Positions 23,576 through 35,576 of a stretch of DNA of 64,000 bases are shown piece by piece. The notes under the pieces were generated by a model. That model searched no databases. It was not told the DNA's origin and saw nothing but the letters and a program-made list of their open reading frames with translations. The DNA is from Thecamonas trahens ATCC 50062 (taxonomy: Eukaryota > Protista > Apusomonadida): contig NW_013657661.1 of the NCBI RefSeq assembly GCF_000142905.1, positions 434,001 to 498,000 on the forward strand, written 5' to 3'. Each line of letters starts with the position of its first letter. Position 1 is the first letter of the stretch. Made by a program: the position numbers and the translations under genes.

Positions 23576-25761
23576 TCACGAGCGACCGATGATGGTGCGG
23601 ACTTCATCGGCGTCGAGGGTCTCCTTCTCCAAGAGGGCGTCGGCGAGGAGGTCGAGCTCGTGGCGGTGCGAGAGCAGAAGTGACTTTGCGCGAGCGTACG
23701 ACTCAGCGAGGAGGCGGGCGACCTCGTCCTCGATGAGCGAGCGGAGGCGGGGCGAGGAGCCGAGCGCGGTGTCCTCGGCGATAAACGTGGGCCAAGCTTG
23801 GGCGACATGCCGTACTTTGTGACCATCTTGTAGGCAACGTCTGTGGCCTTTTGCAGATCGGAGGAAGCGCCGAGGGTGACGGCATGCTCGCCGAGGACGA
23901 GCTCTTCGGAGACGCGGCCGCCCATGCAGACGTCGAGTGTAGCCTCGAGCTGCTGTAGCGACCAGTTGGGGTCGTCGTTCTCGGGCAGCTGCGAGGTGAC
24001 GCCGAGGGCGCCGATGGAGCGGCGCGGGATGATGGAGACTTTGTGGAGCGGGACGGCAGCCGGGGTGAAGAGGGCGACGAGGGCGTGGCCGCCCTCGTGG
24101 TAGGCGACGGTCCGCTTGACATCGTCGGTGTAGCCAAACGACTTTGCCGGCTCGCCCATGATGATCTTCTCCTTGGCGAGTTCGAGGTCGTTCATACTGA
24201 CGGCGGGGCGGCCGTCGCGGGCGGCGCGGAGGGCGGCGGTATTGACGACGTTGGCGAGCTCGGCGCCCGACATGCCGGGCGTGCCACGGGCGAGGCGCGA
24301 GACGTCGACCGAGTCGTCGACAGGTACATCGCGGAGGTGGACGCCGAGAATGTCGACGCGGCCAGAGACGTCCGGGAGCGGGACAACGACCATGCGGTCG
24401 AAGCGGCCCGGCCGCACCAGTGCGGCGTCCAGGCGCTCGGGCGTGTTGGTGGCGGCAATGACGACGACACCGGCAGTCGTCTCAAAGCCGTCCATCTCGG
24501 TGAGGAGCTGGTTGAGGGTCATATGGTAAAGGCGCGAGTCGCGGTCGATGCGCTTGGAGCCGACGGCGTCGATCTCGTCAATAAAGACAATGCACGGCGC
24601 ATTGGCCTTGGCGGCCTCGAACAGGTTGCGGACGCGGCGGGCGCCGACGCCGACATACATCTCGTCAAACTCCGAGCCCGAGGCGTAGTAGAACGGAACA
24701 CCAGCCTCGCCGGCGACAGCGCGGGCGAGGAGGGTCTTGCCGGTGCCTGGGGAGCCGACGAGGAGTACGCCCTTGGGTAGCTTGCCACCAAGGGTCGAGA
24801 ACTTGTCCGGCGACTTGAGAAAGGCGACGACTTCCTGGAGGTCATCCTTGGCCTCGTCGACGCCCTGGACGTCGGCAAAGGTCACCGTCTCGCCATCCCA
24901 TGGCACCACCTCCTCTTTGCCTGCCGACATGGCCTTGGACAGCGAGCCGCCCGACGAGCCCGACGACGGCGCATCCATGATCATGCCGGTGACAAGCGAG
25001 CCGAGAAAGAGCCAGGCGAGGACTTGCAGGCTGAGCTTGGCGGCCTGGCTTGCCCGCGACGGCGCCTCCGATTGGACGAAGAGCGGAGCCTGGCGGGTGC
25101 CCAGCGCGGCCATGCCGCCCGCTGCTGGCACCGCGCCTGCCATAAAGCCCTGCCCAGCTCCCGCTCCACCCATACTGGAGCTTTGCAGGAGCGAGGCTGA
25201 TGAAGGCGAGGCAAAGGCTGACGACGGACCTGTTGGCGGAGCGGGGCTTGCGGCACGGTGAAGAGCGTTGATCTCCTCAAACTTTGCAGCATCCAGACGA
25301 CCAAGGCGAGCGAGCGCGTTGGTGTACGCGGCGAGAGTGGCAGGTGTGCGAGCGACTGAGCCTGCGTTGACCAAGTCGACGAGCTGCTGCGGAGCGTGCC
25401 GGGCGAGGGCATCCATGTATCGCTGGCGGGCCACATCAGACGAGGGATTGTTCTCTGCTTGTCTGCGGAGGCGAGCAAGGCCATCACGGACCATTTCCGG
25501 ACTCAGTCTCCTTCCCGATGACGGATCTCCACCGAGTGTCTGGCCATGACCAGCGCCTCCGTCTCGCCCACCAAATCCCACCGATGCTCTCATCGCCGAT
25601 GCCGTCGCTCCGCTCGTCGACGACAGCCACCTCGCGGCGGCGGCTCCTGCTGCCGCCACAGCCACTTGAGAGCCTTGGCTCTTTGTCCTGCCGAAGGCCA
25701 TGGCCATTGCCTGTGCCACTGGTCGCGAGAAGCTTGTAGCCCGTCGCACAAGTCCGAACAT
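23576..25761 (-). CDS. YME1: Mitochondrial i-AAA ATP-dependent Zn metalloprotease (YME1/FtsH family)
   Basis: Arg/Ser/Ala-rich presequence, one TM helix, [50 protein letters not shown] frameshift at 23783-23785 restores the C-terminus …[13 protein letters not shown]. Confidence 0.95.
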
Positions 25762-25869
25762 GACGGTGGGAGGGGAGGGGAGGGGAGGGGAGGGGGGGGA
25801 GGGGGAGAGGGGTGGCGCGTTCGATGGTTCGTCTTGCTGGCGGTGGCGGTGGCGGTGATGGGGATGATC

Positions 25870-26335
25870 AATGGTTTGTTGTTGGGGTTATTGTTGCGAG
25901 TTTATGCATGGTTTGTTGTTGGGGTTATTGTTGACAGTTTATGCATGGTTTGTTGTTGGGGTTATTGTTGACAATTTATGCATGGTTTGTTGTTGGGGTT
26001 ATTGTGGACAGTTTATGCATGGTTTGTTGTTGGGGTTATTGTTGACAATTTATGCATGGTTTGTTGTTGGGGTTATTGTGGACAGTTTATGCATGGTTTG
26101 TTGTTGAGGTTATTGTTGACAGTTTATGCATGGTTTGTTGTTGAGGTTATTGTGGACAGTTTATGCATGGTTTGTTGTTGGGGTTATTGTGGACAGTTTA
26201 TGCATGGTTTGTTGTTGGGGTTATTGTTGACAGTTTATGCATGGTTTGTTGTTGGGGTTATTGTGGACAGTTTATGCATGGTTTGTTGTTGAGGTTATTG
26301 TGGACAGTTTATGCATGGTTTGTTGTTGGGGTTAT
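25870..26335. repeat. 37-bp AT-rich minisatellite, about 12.5 copies
   Basis: Unit AGTTTATGCATGGTTTGTTGTTGGGGTTATTGTTGAC, head-to-tail with a few substitutions and no spacers. Confidence 0.97.
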
Positions 26336-26404
26336 CGTTCCAGCCATCGCTGCCTCTGCCACCTCCGCCGCCGCCCCACACCCGACTCGACATCGCAGCG
26401 GGCC

Positions 26405-28177
26405 ATGGCGGCAGCAGGCGGCAGCAAGGGAGCAGGCAGTCTGCGGTGTATCATACACATCGACATGGACTCGTTCTACGCAGAGGTGGAGCGAGTCCGT
26501 CTCGGCCTCCCGGCCGACCGCCCGCTCGTAGTCCAGCAGTGGGAGTCGCTCATCGCGGTCAACTACCCTGCACGAAGGCACGGCATTGCCCGATCGCGCG
26601 GCAAGGGCATCATCGATCCGGTCGAGGCCAAGGAGGCATGTCCCCATCTCGTGGCTGTCCACGTCCCGCTCTTTACCCTCGAGGGCATGATCGACCTGGA
26701 CATCAACGAGTCCATCACCTCGCAGGCGAGGGCGAGGAGGCCCATGGGCAAGGCCTGTCTTGACCGCTATCGCGAGGCTGGCTACAAGGTCATCCAGATT
26801 TTCAAGAGGTTCACGCCGGCTGTGGAGCGTGCCTCCATCGACGAGGCCTTTATCGACATCACAGATCTGGTCGAGGCTCGCGCTGCTGCCGCTGCCGCCG
26901 CAAGGGGACCCGAGTGGTGGCGATCAGAGTCATTTGCGGGCTCGGCGGTGGTGACCGGGCCAAAGTCTGCGATCGGCGGCGAAGAGGTGCGTGTGGCCTC
27001 GCTTTCGTCGGCCTTGCTCTGCCTCGGCGCGCGCCTGGCAAGCGAGATGCGTGCTGCAGTCTCCGATGAGCTGGGCTACTCGTGCTCGGCCGGCGTGGCA
27101 CAGACCAAGATGCTGGCCAAAATCGCGTCGGCTGCCAACAAGCCCGACGGGCAAGCTGTTGTCCTGCCCGGCAACGTCGCCGGCTTTATGGCCGACATGC
27201 CGCTCAAGGACATTCCAGGGCTCGGCGGTAAGCTCGGCGGAGTGTTGGCCGAGGCACTCGGCGCGACTACCGCCGGCGAGGTGCTCGCCGCGCCACGGAC
27301 AGCCCTCGATGCAGCCCTTGCTGGCGCCCGCACTCTCCACGCCTCGCCGCGCTGGGTCATCGCCTCGTGTGATGGCTCGCGGAACGAGTCCGTTTCGCCG
27401 GTCTACAAGCCCAACTCGATGCTGGCCCAGAAGCGATTCAAGGGCCTCGTTGACAAGTCGGTCGTCCGCTCCTGGGTTCGCATCCTCATCCTCGAAGTTG
27501 CCACCCGCATCTCGACCTACCGCCAGTACTACAACGGCGCGCCGACTACTATCACACTCTCGTCCGAGTCGAGCCCGCCGTCGGGCACCATCTCGCGCTC
27601 GGGCTCCGCCCAGCTACCGTACTTGCCGAAGGATCCCGAGAAGGTCATCGCCGCCGTCTCGGACCGCGTCCTTGCCCAGCTCGACGTCATTGCGCCGCCG
27701 CTTCCAGTCACGCTCCTCACACTCTCGGCCCGCAACTTTGTTGATCTCGTCGACGACGAGAACGCCATCTCAGCCTTCTTTACTGCCGACCAATCACCGG
27801 CGGAAGCTGAAGAAGCACCACTGCCATCCTCAACCGCCACCAAGCCTGAACCAGCTCCTGGCCCCGCGCCCGCATCCGAGCCTGACATTATTGCGCTGAC
27901 GCAAGATGTGGTGTGTGATCGATGTGGCATGCAGATGCTGCCGTCCGCCGCACCCGCGCATCGCGACTTTCACCTCGCAGCCGACCTCCACGCCCAGCTC
28001 AATCCGCTCTCAGACCCGAGCCACACGCTTGGCTTCCGCGCCGCACCGCGCTCACCTGCCAAGCGATCCGCACCATCATCGTCGTCTGCCTCGACCGCCT
28101 CCACCCGCCCCTCCAAAAAGGCCAAGCCGAGCTCGAGCGCCTCTCTCACCTCTTGGTTCGGGCCTGCACGTACTTGA
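26405..28177 (+). CDS. POLH: DNA polymerase eta (Y family, Rad30)
   Basis: IIHIDMDSFY, LIAVNYPAR, VERASIDEAFID, KMLAKIAS…NKPDGQ, IPGLGGKLG, a UBZ finger (CDRC…HRDFH) and a terminal PIP-like SLTSWF. Confidence 0.92.
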   Translation: MAAAGGSKGAGSLRCIIHIDMDSFYAEVERVRLGLPADRPLVVQQWESLIAVNYPARRHGIARSRGKGIIDPVEAKEACPHLVAVHVPLFTLEGMIDLDINESITSQARARRPMGKACLDRYREAGYKVIQIFKRFTPAVERASIDEAFIDITDLVEARAAAAAAARGPEWWRSESFAGSAVVTGPKSAIGGEEVRVASLSSALLCLGARLASEMRAAVSDELGYSCSAGVAQTKMLAKIASAANKPDGQAVVLPGNVAGFMADMPLKDIPGLGGKLGGVLAEALGATTAGEVLAAPRTALDAALAGARTLHASPRWVIASCDGSRNESVSPVYKPNSMLAQKRFKGLVDKSVVRSWVRILILEVATRISTYRQYYNGAPTTITLSSESSPPSGTISRSGSAQLPYLPKDPEKVIAAVSDRVLAQLDVIAPPLPVTLLTLSARNFVDLVDDENAISAFFTADQSPAEAEEAPLPSSTATKPEPAPGPAPASEPDIIALTQDVVCDRCGMQMLPSAAPAHRDFHLAADLHAQLNPLSDPSHTLGFRAAPRSPAKRSAPSSSSASTASTRPSKKAKPSSSASLTSWFGPART

Positions 28178-28408
28178 GCGTCGTCTGGCTTAGCTGGCTG
28201 AGTAACTCGATCGAGGCCAAAGCATAACACGGCGTAGTCGCAGATCTGTGTGAGCGGGGCACTGATCAATCCGCAGCTGGTGCGCCGCGTGCTGCGCGTG
28301 GATGACCGAGCGAGCAGCAGCCAATTGGCTGGTTTGACTCGGGCTTTGGCTGTGGCTTTGGCTTTGTGTTCGCTGTCACACACACGTGTCGCACAGCATT
28401 CACGAAGG

Positions 28409-30741
28409 ATGGGACGGAAAGGTGGCGGTCGCAAGGGCGGAGGCGGAGGCGGAGGAGGACGGGGAAAGGCTAGCAGCAGAGCAGACGACATGCACTTTGA
28501 AGGAGGGCTATCCGGGAAGAAAAGAAGGAACAGTTGAGGAGAAAGCGCGCTGCAAAGAGAGCCAAGGTGGAGGCCGAGAAGGAGGCTGAGCGGAGGCGGC
28601 GTGAGGCGGCGCCGGCCGAACTGGCTGCGCGACCCAGCGGCGAGACGGGCCGATGCGAGTCAGAGTCCGACGCAACGAGCCACGGGTCGACGGGCGAAGA
28701 CGAACCGGCGTCTGGATCGTCGTCGATGGCGGCAGACTCCGAGTCGGCGTCGGGATCGAGCGAGCGCGACAACGAGAGCGAGAGCGAGCGCGAGTGCGCC
28801 GCGGGTGCAGATGGCGCAGGCGCGAGCAGAAAGGCCCGGCGCCGTCCTGGCGTGGGTGCGTTTGGGCTGACCAAGCAGCACTTTCGGCTTCAGACTGTGT
28901 TTGAGAAGGAGCCGCGCGAGATCATCGAAGCGCGAAAGGCCACAGCGCGCGAGCCACTCGTCCGCCCGGCGTGCGAGCCGGGCGAGCGGTTCTCGACGCT
29001 CCGGATGACCGACGCCGAGCTGGACGCCATGGCCGACTCCATTCCCATGCCGAAGCGACCGATATGCCCGCATGGCTCGTCGAAGGATGCCATTGTCGCT
29101 GCGGAAGAGGCCGCGTACACAGCATGGCTAGAGAGCGTGTATGGGCAGTGGCCGCGCGAGCGGCTCAACTACTTTGAGCACAACCTCGAGGTGTGGCGCG
29201 AGCTCTGGCGGGTCCTTGCCATCTCGGACATTCTCTGCCTGCTGGTCGACGCCCGTGCGCCGCTCTTCCACTTTCCGCCGTCGCTCTACCACCACGTCAC
29301 CGCCGACCTTGGCAAGCCGCTGGTCCTTGTGCTGACCAAAGTCGATCTTGTTGCGCCGCAGACGCTTGCTGCGTGGATCAAGTACTTTGAGACCAAGTAC
29401 CCCAAGCTGGCGGTGGTTCCCGTCTCGTCGTTGCCTAATGCGCCGATCACGACGCCGACCGCGTACCGGACCGATGAGCGTGGCCGGCTGCTGTACCGCA
29501 AGCGGCGTCGCCGCAAGCAGGCGCAGCGCCCACCGCAGGGCCTGGCCAGGCTTGCCCGCGAGATAGCACAGCTGCCTGAGGCCCGCGCGGCAAGCGGCAT
29601 CGATTGGGATGAGCTTATCGACACGCTACTGGTCCGCGAAGAGCGCGTGCGAACCCAGATCGAGGCAGCTCACGATGACGCGCGCGCCGCTGCGGCTGTG
29701 GAGGCACGTTCCGCCGCAGGCGACGTTCCAAGCTCTGACGATGGTAGTGACGAGTACGTCATCGGGCGGAAGCGCGGTTCGTTTGTGACGCTCGGCATGA
29801 TCGGGCATCCGAACGTGGGTAAGTCGGCGCTCATCAATGCGCTCATGGGCAAGCATGTGGTGTCGGTCAAGCGGACGCCCGGGCACACCAAGGCGCTGCA
29901 GACGCACTTTCTCACGCACAACATCCAGCTGTCAGACTGCCCCGGGCTCATCTTTCCCAAGGTCGACATGTCCAAGCCGTTACAAGTGCTCTGTGGCCTC
30001 TATCCGACGTCCCAGGTTGTGGAGCCGTTCTCGGCCATCCGCTACCTTGCCGAGCGGGTGCCGGTCGAGGTTGTGTACGAACTGCAGCTTCCTGTCGAGT
30101 CGGACGAGGACGATGATGGCGGCGGCCCGCCGCGGCCCGCGCTCAAGAAGCTGAAGAAGGCAATGGCCCAGGATGAGCGGCTTGAGCTTAACCGGATGGG
30201 AAAAGCGCTGTCCAAGGCACGGGTCCGGTACGTGGCAGAGCACCTGGCCTTGTCGCGGAGCTGGAAAGCTGCGGCTGCGGCGACGGGCGAGCCGTTTGCC
30301 GCTGCCACGGTGGCCTATCTCGAGGATGCGCAGCAGTGGACGGCGTGGAAGATGTGCGAGGCTTACGCCATCAAGCGCGGGTTCTTTACACCCAACACCG
30401 GGCGGCCAGACGTTTACCGGGCGGCCATCAAGATGATCTACGACGTGCTCGACGGCTACGTCGTCTTCTCCTTCCTCCCGCCCGCAGACTACGAGCTCAG
30501 CGGACCGGACGAGGTCGACAGACTGCTGTTGGGCTTTCGCCACGGTTATTTGCTCCACGAGCGGATCGAGCCTCATCGGCCTGGTAACGACCAGAGTGAG
30601 AGCGAGAGTGGGGGCGAGGGCAGCGACGGGAGTGATGACAGGGGCGACGGCGCAGCGAGCGGCTCGTCGTCGTCGTCGTCGTCGTCGTCGTCAGGCGCTG
30701 TCCGCGTCTCCAATCCCTTTGACATTCTTGCGTCGATGTAA
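28409..30741 (+). CDS. GNL1: Guanine nucleotide-binding protein-like 1 (circularly permuted GTPase)
   Basis: LNYFEHNLEVWRELWRV, LVLTKVDL, GMIGHPNVGKS, TPGHTK, DCPGLIFP, GRPDVYRAA. A frameshift at 28520-28523 restores SGKKKKEQL. Confidence 0.92.
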
Positions 30742-30756
30742 GTGCAGTAACATGCC

Positions 30757-31365
30757 TCACTTGCGCTTCTTCTTGGACACAGTAGTCCAACCGTCGTCGT
30801 CGGTCGCGGCGGCGGCAGCGGCAGCGGCAGCATCGGCAGCAGCATTGGCGTCAGCCGGGGCGACGAGGACAGGCTCGTCATCCTCAGCCTCGAGCCCAAC
30901 CAGGGCAGCAGCATCACCATCAGGCGCAGCATCATCATCGCCATCAGCAACCACAGCATCGCTTGGATCGGAAGCAGTCAGCTTTGCCCAGGCGAGGCCC
31001 TTGTCGAGCTCCTCACGATTGCCGGCAATGACCTGAGCGTAGACGTTGACGATGAGGCGAGCGACTGAAGCTGACGAATCGTCTTCCACAAGCATAGCCA
31101 CGGATTCCAGGGCAGCATTGATGATGTCTTCGACTTCATCAGCAAAGACCGGCTCACCAGCTCGGGCAGCAAACAAATCAACCAGGTCATCGGCCAGCCC
31201 GTTGGCCACGTCCTCGGCCGAGCCACCGCCCTCTGCCGTCATCGAGTTGGTGATAGCGTACGACATGGCGGGCATCTTGGTGACAAAAGCAGCCACAAGA
31301 TGGGTAAAGTCGGTCCACAGCGCAGCTGCCTGTGCCGTCACGTCGGTTGTCGTCTGGTCAGCCAT
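30757..31365 (-). CDS. TSR2: Pre-rRNA-processing protein TSR2
   Basis: 202 aa, acidic. Contains DEVEDII…LVEDDSSASVARLI and a C-terminal DDDGWTTVSKKKRK. Confidence 0.8.
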   Translation of the reverse strand: MADQTTTDVTAQAAALWTDFTHLVAAFVTKMPAMSYAITNSMTAEGGGSAEDVANGLADDLVDLFAARAGEPVFADEVEDIINAALESVAMLVEDDSSASVARLIVNVYAQVIAGNREELDKGLAWAKLTASDPSDAVVADGDDDAAPDGDAAALVGLEAEDDEPVLVAPADANAAADAAAAAAAAATDDDGWTTVSKKKRK

Positions 31366-31885
31366 GTTGTCGCGGTGGTGGTGGTGGTGGTGGTGGTGGT
31401 GGTGGGAGAGAGGAGTGATGGCGAGATTGGGTCGTGGGGGGGGGGGGGGAGGGGGGGAGGGAGGGGGCATGATAAGATCGTGTAGTCTGGGGGGCTTGTG
31501 GGGATGGGGGACGGGGGATGGAGGATGGGGGATGGAGGATATGATAATGTGGTGGTGTGCAAGAGTGTGCAGTGTGTGTGTGAGGGGGCGCGCATCGATG
31601 TGATCGGGCGGAGTGAGAGTGGTGCGTGATTGCGACTCGTGTGAGGTGTCCGAAGGGGGGAGGGGGGAGGGGGGGGGGGGTGATGATCGGGACAAGGCGA
31701 CGATGTGGCATGTGCTCCTTCTGATGTGGTGGCGTGGCATGATCATGGTCGTCTCGCTTGTCGAGCACGTCTCAGGGTGTGGAACCAAGCTTCCATCCAT
31801 GGCCAGATCATCATCGGCACGGCTGCGGCAGCTGCAGCCAAGACACTCTCCACGCGCACGCACATTCTTCTCTATCTATCTGCCT

Positions 31886-32830
31886 ATGGCGTCGATGTCG
31901 TCACGGCGGGCGGTGGCCGAGGTGGAAACGACACTGCTGAATGATGGCGGACTGTATGTGGTAGCAGGTCCCTGCTCGACGGCGGGGGAGGACGGGCGGC
32001 CGGCGAGCTATCCACGCGACGGATTTGTGCGGTTCGTGGCGTACTCGGACACACACAGCCGGGCAGAATGGCTGGCCAAGCCAGATGCAGACGTCATGAT
32101 CCACGGCGGCGATTTTACCATGACGGGCACAAACGCAGAGATCGACGGGTTTGTGGCCTGGTTGAACGAGCTGCCGTACGCCCACAAGATCGTCATCGCA
32201 GGCAACCACGATCTGACGCTCGACATGACGGTCGGCGACGACGGCGTGCCCTACTATGAGCGAGCCTGGCAGCGGTTCCACCGCCTCAATGGCAAGCAGG
32301 ACCCAGATGCGGCCCGAAAGGCCGTCATTGAGGCATGCACATACCTCGACGACGAGACAGCTGTCATCCGCCGCCGCGACGCGGACGGTATCATCGAGAT
32401 CGTTCGCCGCACCAGCAGCGACGAAGATGGCGAGGCGGATAGCGAGGGTCTGGTTGTCACAGGCTCGCCGTGGTCGCCCGAGTTCTACGACTGGGCGTTC
32501 AACGAGAGCCGCGGAGTGCCGATCATGAAGCGATGGAAAAAGGTGCTTCCGCACGATGTCGACGTGCTTGTTACCCACGGCCCACCAGCTGGCTTTGGCG
32601 ACATGACTGTGACAGGTGTGGAGGCCGGGTGCGAGGATCTGCTGCGACTGCTCCACAGCGGACGGATTGCGCCTGCTGCTCATGTCTTTGGCCACATCCA
32701 CGAGGGCTTTGGCGTCACGACCGAGACCGGTACGTCGTCGCTCGACACCACCTTTATCAACGCCTCCAACTGCACGCTCAAGTACAAGGCGACGAATCCG
32801 CCGATTGTCTTTGATCTGCCTCTTACATAA
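31886..32830 (+). CDS. Calcineurin-like metallophosphoesterase, MPPED1/2 type
   Basis: SDTH, IHGGDFT, KIVIAGNHD, SPWSPEFYDWAF, VLVTHGPP, HVFGHIHEGFG. Confidence 0.9.
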   Translation: MASMSSRRAVAEVETTLLNDGGLYVVAGPCSTAGEDGRPASYPRDGFVRFVAYSDTHSRAEWLAKPDADVMIHGGDFTMTGTNAEIDGFVAWLNELPYAHKIVIAGNHDLTLDMTVGDDGVPYYERAWQRFHRLNGKQDPDAARKAVIEACTYLDDETAVIRRRDADGIIEIVRRTSSDEDGEADSEGLVVTGSPWSPEFYDWAFNESRGVPIMKRWKKVLPHDVDVLVTHGPPAGFGDMTVTGVEAGCEDLLRLLHSGRIAPAAHVFGHIHEGFGVTTETGTSSLDTTFINASNCTLKYKATNPPIVFDLPLT

Positions 32831-32969
32831 GCCGTGCACCGTTGTTGACGAGATCGAGCCATTGTCCACCCTTCACGATGATGATGATCGATCTGCCCAG
32901 ACATTACCCCAAAGATGCATAACTGCCGAGCAGTGGTCCCAAACTGGTAGCTGGTCATGGGCGGCTGGC

Positions 32970-33026
32970 GATTGAGCGTGTGGGCGATTGAGTGTGTGGG
33001 CGATTGAGCGTGTGGGCGTGTGGGCG
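32970..33026. repeat. 16-bp tandem repeat (CGATTGAGYGTGTGGG), 3 copies
   Basis: Directly visible in the intergenic region. Confidence 0.8.
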
Positions 33027-33080
33027 AGAGACGGGTGGCGGCGGAACGTGTCGTTCACCGGCACTTCACCCCCTCCCCAC

Positions 33081-35557
33081 ATGTCCTCTGCGGTACGCCG
33101 GATGCCCAGGCCCCACGAGGACCACAACGACCAGCCATAGGCCACCGTCGCTTACAAACACACTCTACTCACATGCTAGCCTCCTTAGATACGTCGTAAA
33201 CGACCGGGTTCGGGCAAACGGTTGGAACCGCTGGCGGGCGGAGTCGGTGGCCGAGTTGGCGGTGCCGATGGCGGTGCTGGCGGGCTTGGACGGCCACTGG
33301 GGAGAGAGTCTCTGGTGCTGGGACGGGATGATGGTTGGGCAGACGGGCTGGAGAGGCGTGAGTCACTAGCGTCTCTCCGATCGGATGGAAGGGCTTCGGT
33401 GGCGAATCCTGGCCGTCCGCTGGAGGCCATCGCCGGCAGTGATGGCGGCAGTTGCGGGAGATCGGTTACCTCGCTTGGCATTCGTTCGGACACTGCTGTC
33501 CGCGAGCTGGGCAGGCGAGAGGCAGGAGTTGATGGTCGGCGAGGGGCAGGCCGGGCGGAGGACGAGCGCGATGAGGTCGAGTTCATGCCGCGTCTGAGGC
33601 ACGCAGTGGGCGACGAGGGCAAGGTGGGCAGCCGGGATCGGTCAACCAGCCCGCGTCGTAGGCCCTTGCCTCGCCACCGCGGAAGCCGCCGGTCCTCGCA
33701 TCGCCATCGCGCACGAAGACGGCACCAGTCGCGCCACCATCGCGCAAGAAGACACCGGCGGGGCGGGCACGGGAGGAGTCAGCGGAGGAGGCACCATCGG
33801 CGGGCATCGTACTCGGGTTACTCTGACTACTCGGGCGGGTACTCGTATACCAGCTACGGATACAGCTACAGCTATTCAGATTCGCTGCGACGGCGAAGGC
33901 GGCCGCGGCGGGGAGGCAAGGGCGAGCGGCGAAAGGACAAAGAGGCGCGAGGCGACCGGGTGGCGGAAGGAGGATCGGCTGCAGCATTAGCGCCCGCAGC
34001 CGCCCCAAGCGGCAGCTTTTTTTTGGCGAGTATGTTGTCAACCGGCAGGCGGCGTACGCGTTTGTCAACGAGCTCATCGACGAGTTTCTGGAGGACGAGA
34101 TTGTGCCGGACTTGCTCATCGACGTGCTCTCGCAGCCGGATGCCGAGTTTGAGGTTGGGTCGGAGCAGACCCGTGTCGAGGCTTGGCTTGTTGACGAGGT
34201 GGTGGCATTGGTGGTGCCGGCGCTGGCCAAGCAGGTGGCGCTCGAGTGCACCGACGAGCTCGTCAAGCACTACTTTATCAACAAGGCTGCTGCGCTGCCG
34301 GATCCACACGAGGTCATTGTTGGTGACGTCATCGAGGCGTATGTTGTGGCCGAGGCTGCCGCTGTGGTCGACGAGGCTGTTGCCGAGCTTGTGACCGAGC
34401 TGCTGACCGAGTCGCGAGTGAGCGACGCAGCCGACGCCATCATTGACGAAGTTGTAGCACCGATGCTGGGCGACATTGTGCGAGCGGCGATCCTTGACAA
34501 CGCCGTCGATGGCGTCGGTGCCGAGCTGTACGACGAGCAGCTCGCAGCCTTTATTGAGCTTGTGGCCGAGGAAGAGTATGCCGCGGCACAGGGGCTCGAG
34601 ATGGCCTCGGGCCAGCGTCTGGAGTTTCTGCAGGTCTCGGACGTGGCGTCGTCCAAGCTCCTTGACGAGCTTATCATCAGCCATCTGCTCAACGTGATCG
34701 GTGACGGCGCTGAGATGGCGCTTGTCGACGAGTACCTCGACCGGACACTCAACCAGATGATGGCGCGGACGCTGCTGGTGCGGACCGCGGACATTGTCGA
34801 CGCGCGCGAAGAGGTGACCGACAATGTGTTTCTCGCCACCGTCCACGACATGCTCACCACCGACATGGCCATCGCCTTTGTCGTCGACCGGATGAAGGCC
34901 CTGGTTCCGTCGGCGGCCGCGGTACAATTTGAGCGCGAGGCCGCCGCCATGGAGGCGCGCGCGGGCCGGGATGGCTCGTCCACCCGCCGTGCTGAGCTCG
35001 ACCGCAACGCCCGTATGTCCGAGCTCCGTCGCTGGCTGAGTCGCAACAACTACGACACGCCGTCGACACCGTCGACCCACGACGGCCGCGCTAAGATGGT
35101 GGCCGACGCAGAGGCTGCCAGCCAAATGCTCGCTGTCGCGCACACTCTCGCCCTCTCGACCGGCTCCAGCGGGCTGCAGCGCGAGCCACCGCCACACCCG
35201 CACGCGCTCCCGCGGCCCGAGCACGAAACCGTAGTCGAGATCGAGGCCGACGAGCTGGACGAGCTTGAGAACGGCGAGATCGAGTATGTCCACGACGCGC
35301 AGCCGGAGCCAGAAGCCGAGCCGGTACCCGAGCCCGAGCTAGAGGCCGAGCCGGAACCCAAGCCGGAGCCTGAGCCCGAGCCTCAGCCCGAGGCACAGCC
35401 CGATGCCCAGCTCCCATCCCCAGCCCCGGCCACAGCTCCAGCGCAAGCTCAACTCCCAACTCGGGCTGGGGCTCTACCGCAAGACGAGGGGTTTGATGGC
35501 GAGTATGAGTATGCGTACGAGTACGAGTACGACGACGCCGGGCCGCTGGCGCCCTAA
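33081..35557 (+). CDS. Hypothetical protein: Arg/His-rich and Tyr-Ser N-terminal part, acidic helical core, Glu-Pro tail
   Basis: Micro-exon 33081-33092, GT-AG intron 33093-33188, in frame with ORF 33222. A frameshift around 33900-34030 leads into ORF 34103-35557. Confidence 0.6.
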
Positions 35558-35576
35558 CACAAGAGAGCTTAAAGAT

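Noticed and set aside
25870-26335. CRISPR array (37-bp repeats) or Cys/Trp-rich ORFs
   Set aside because: The units are contiguous with no spacers, there are no cas genes and the context is eukaryotic. The ORFs are just translations of the repeat.
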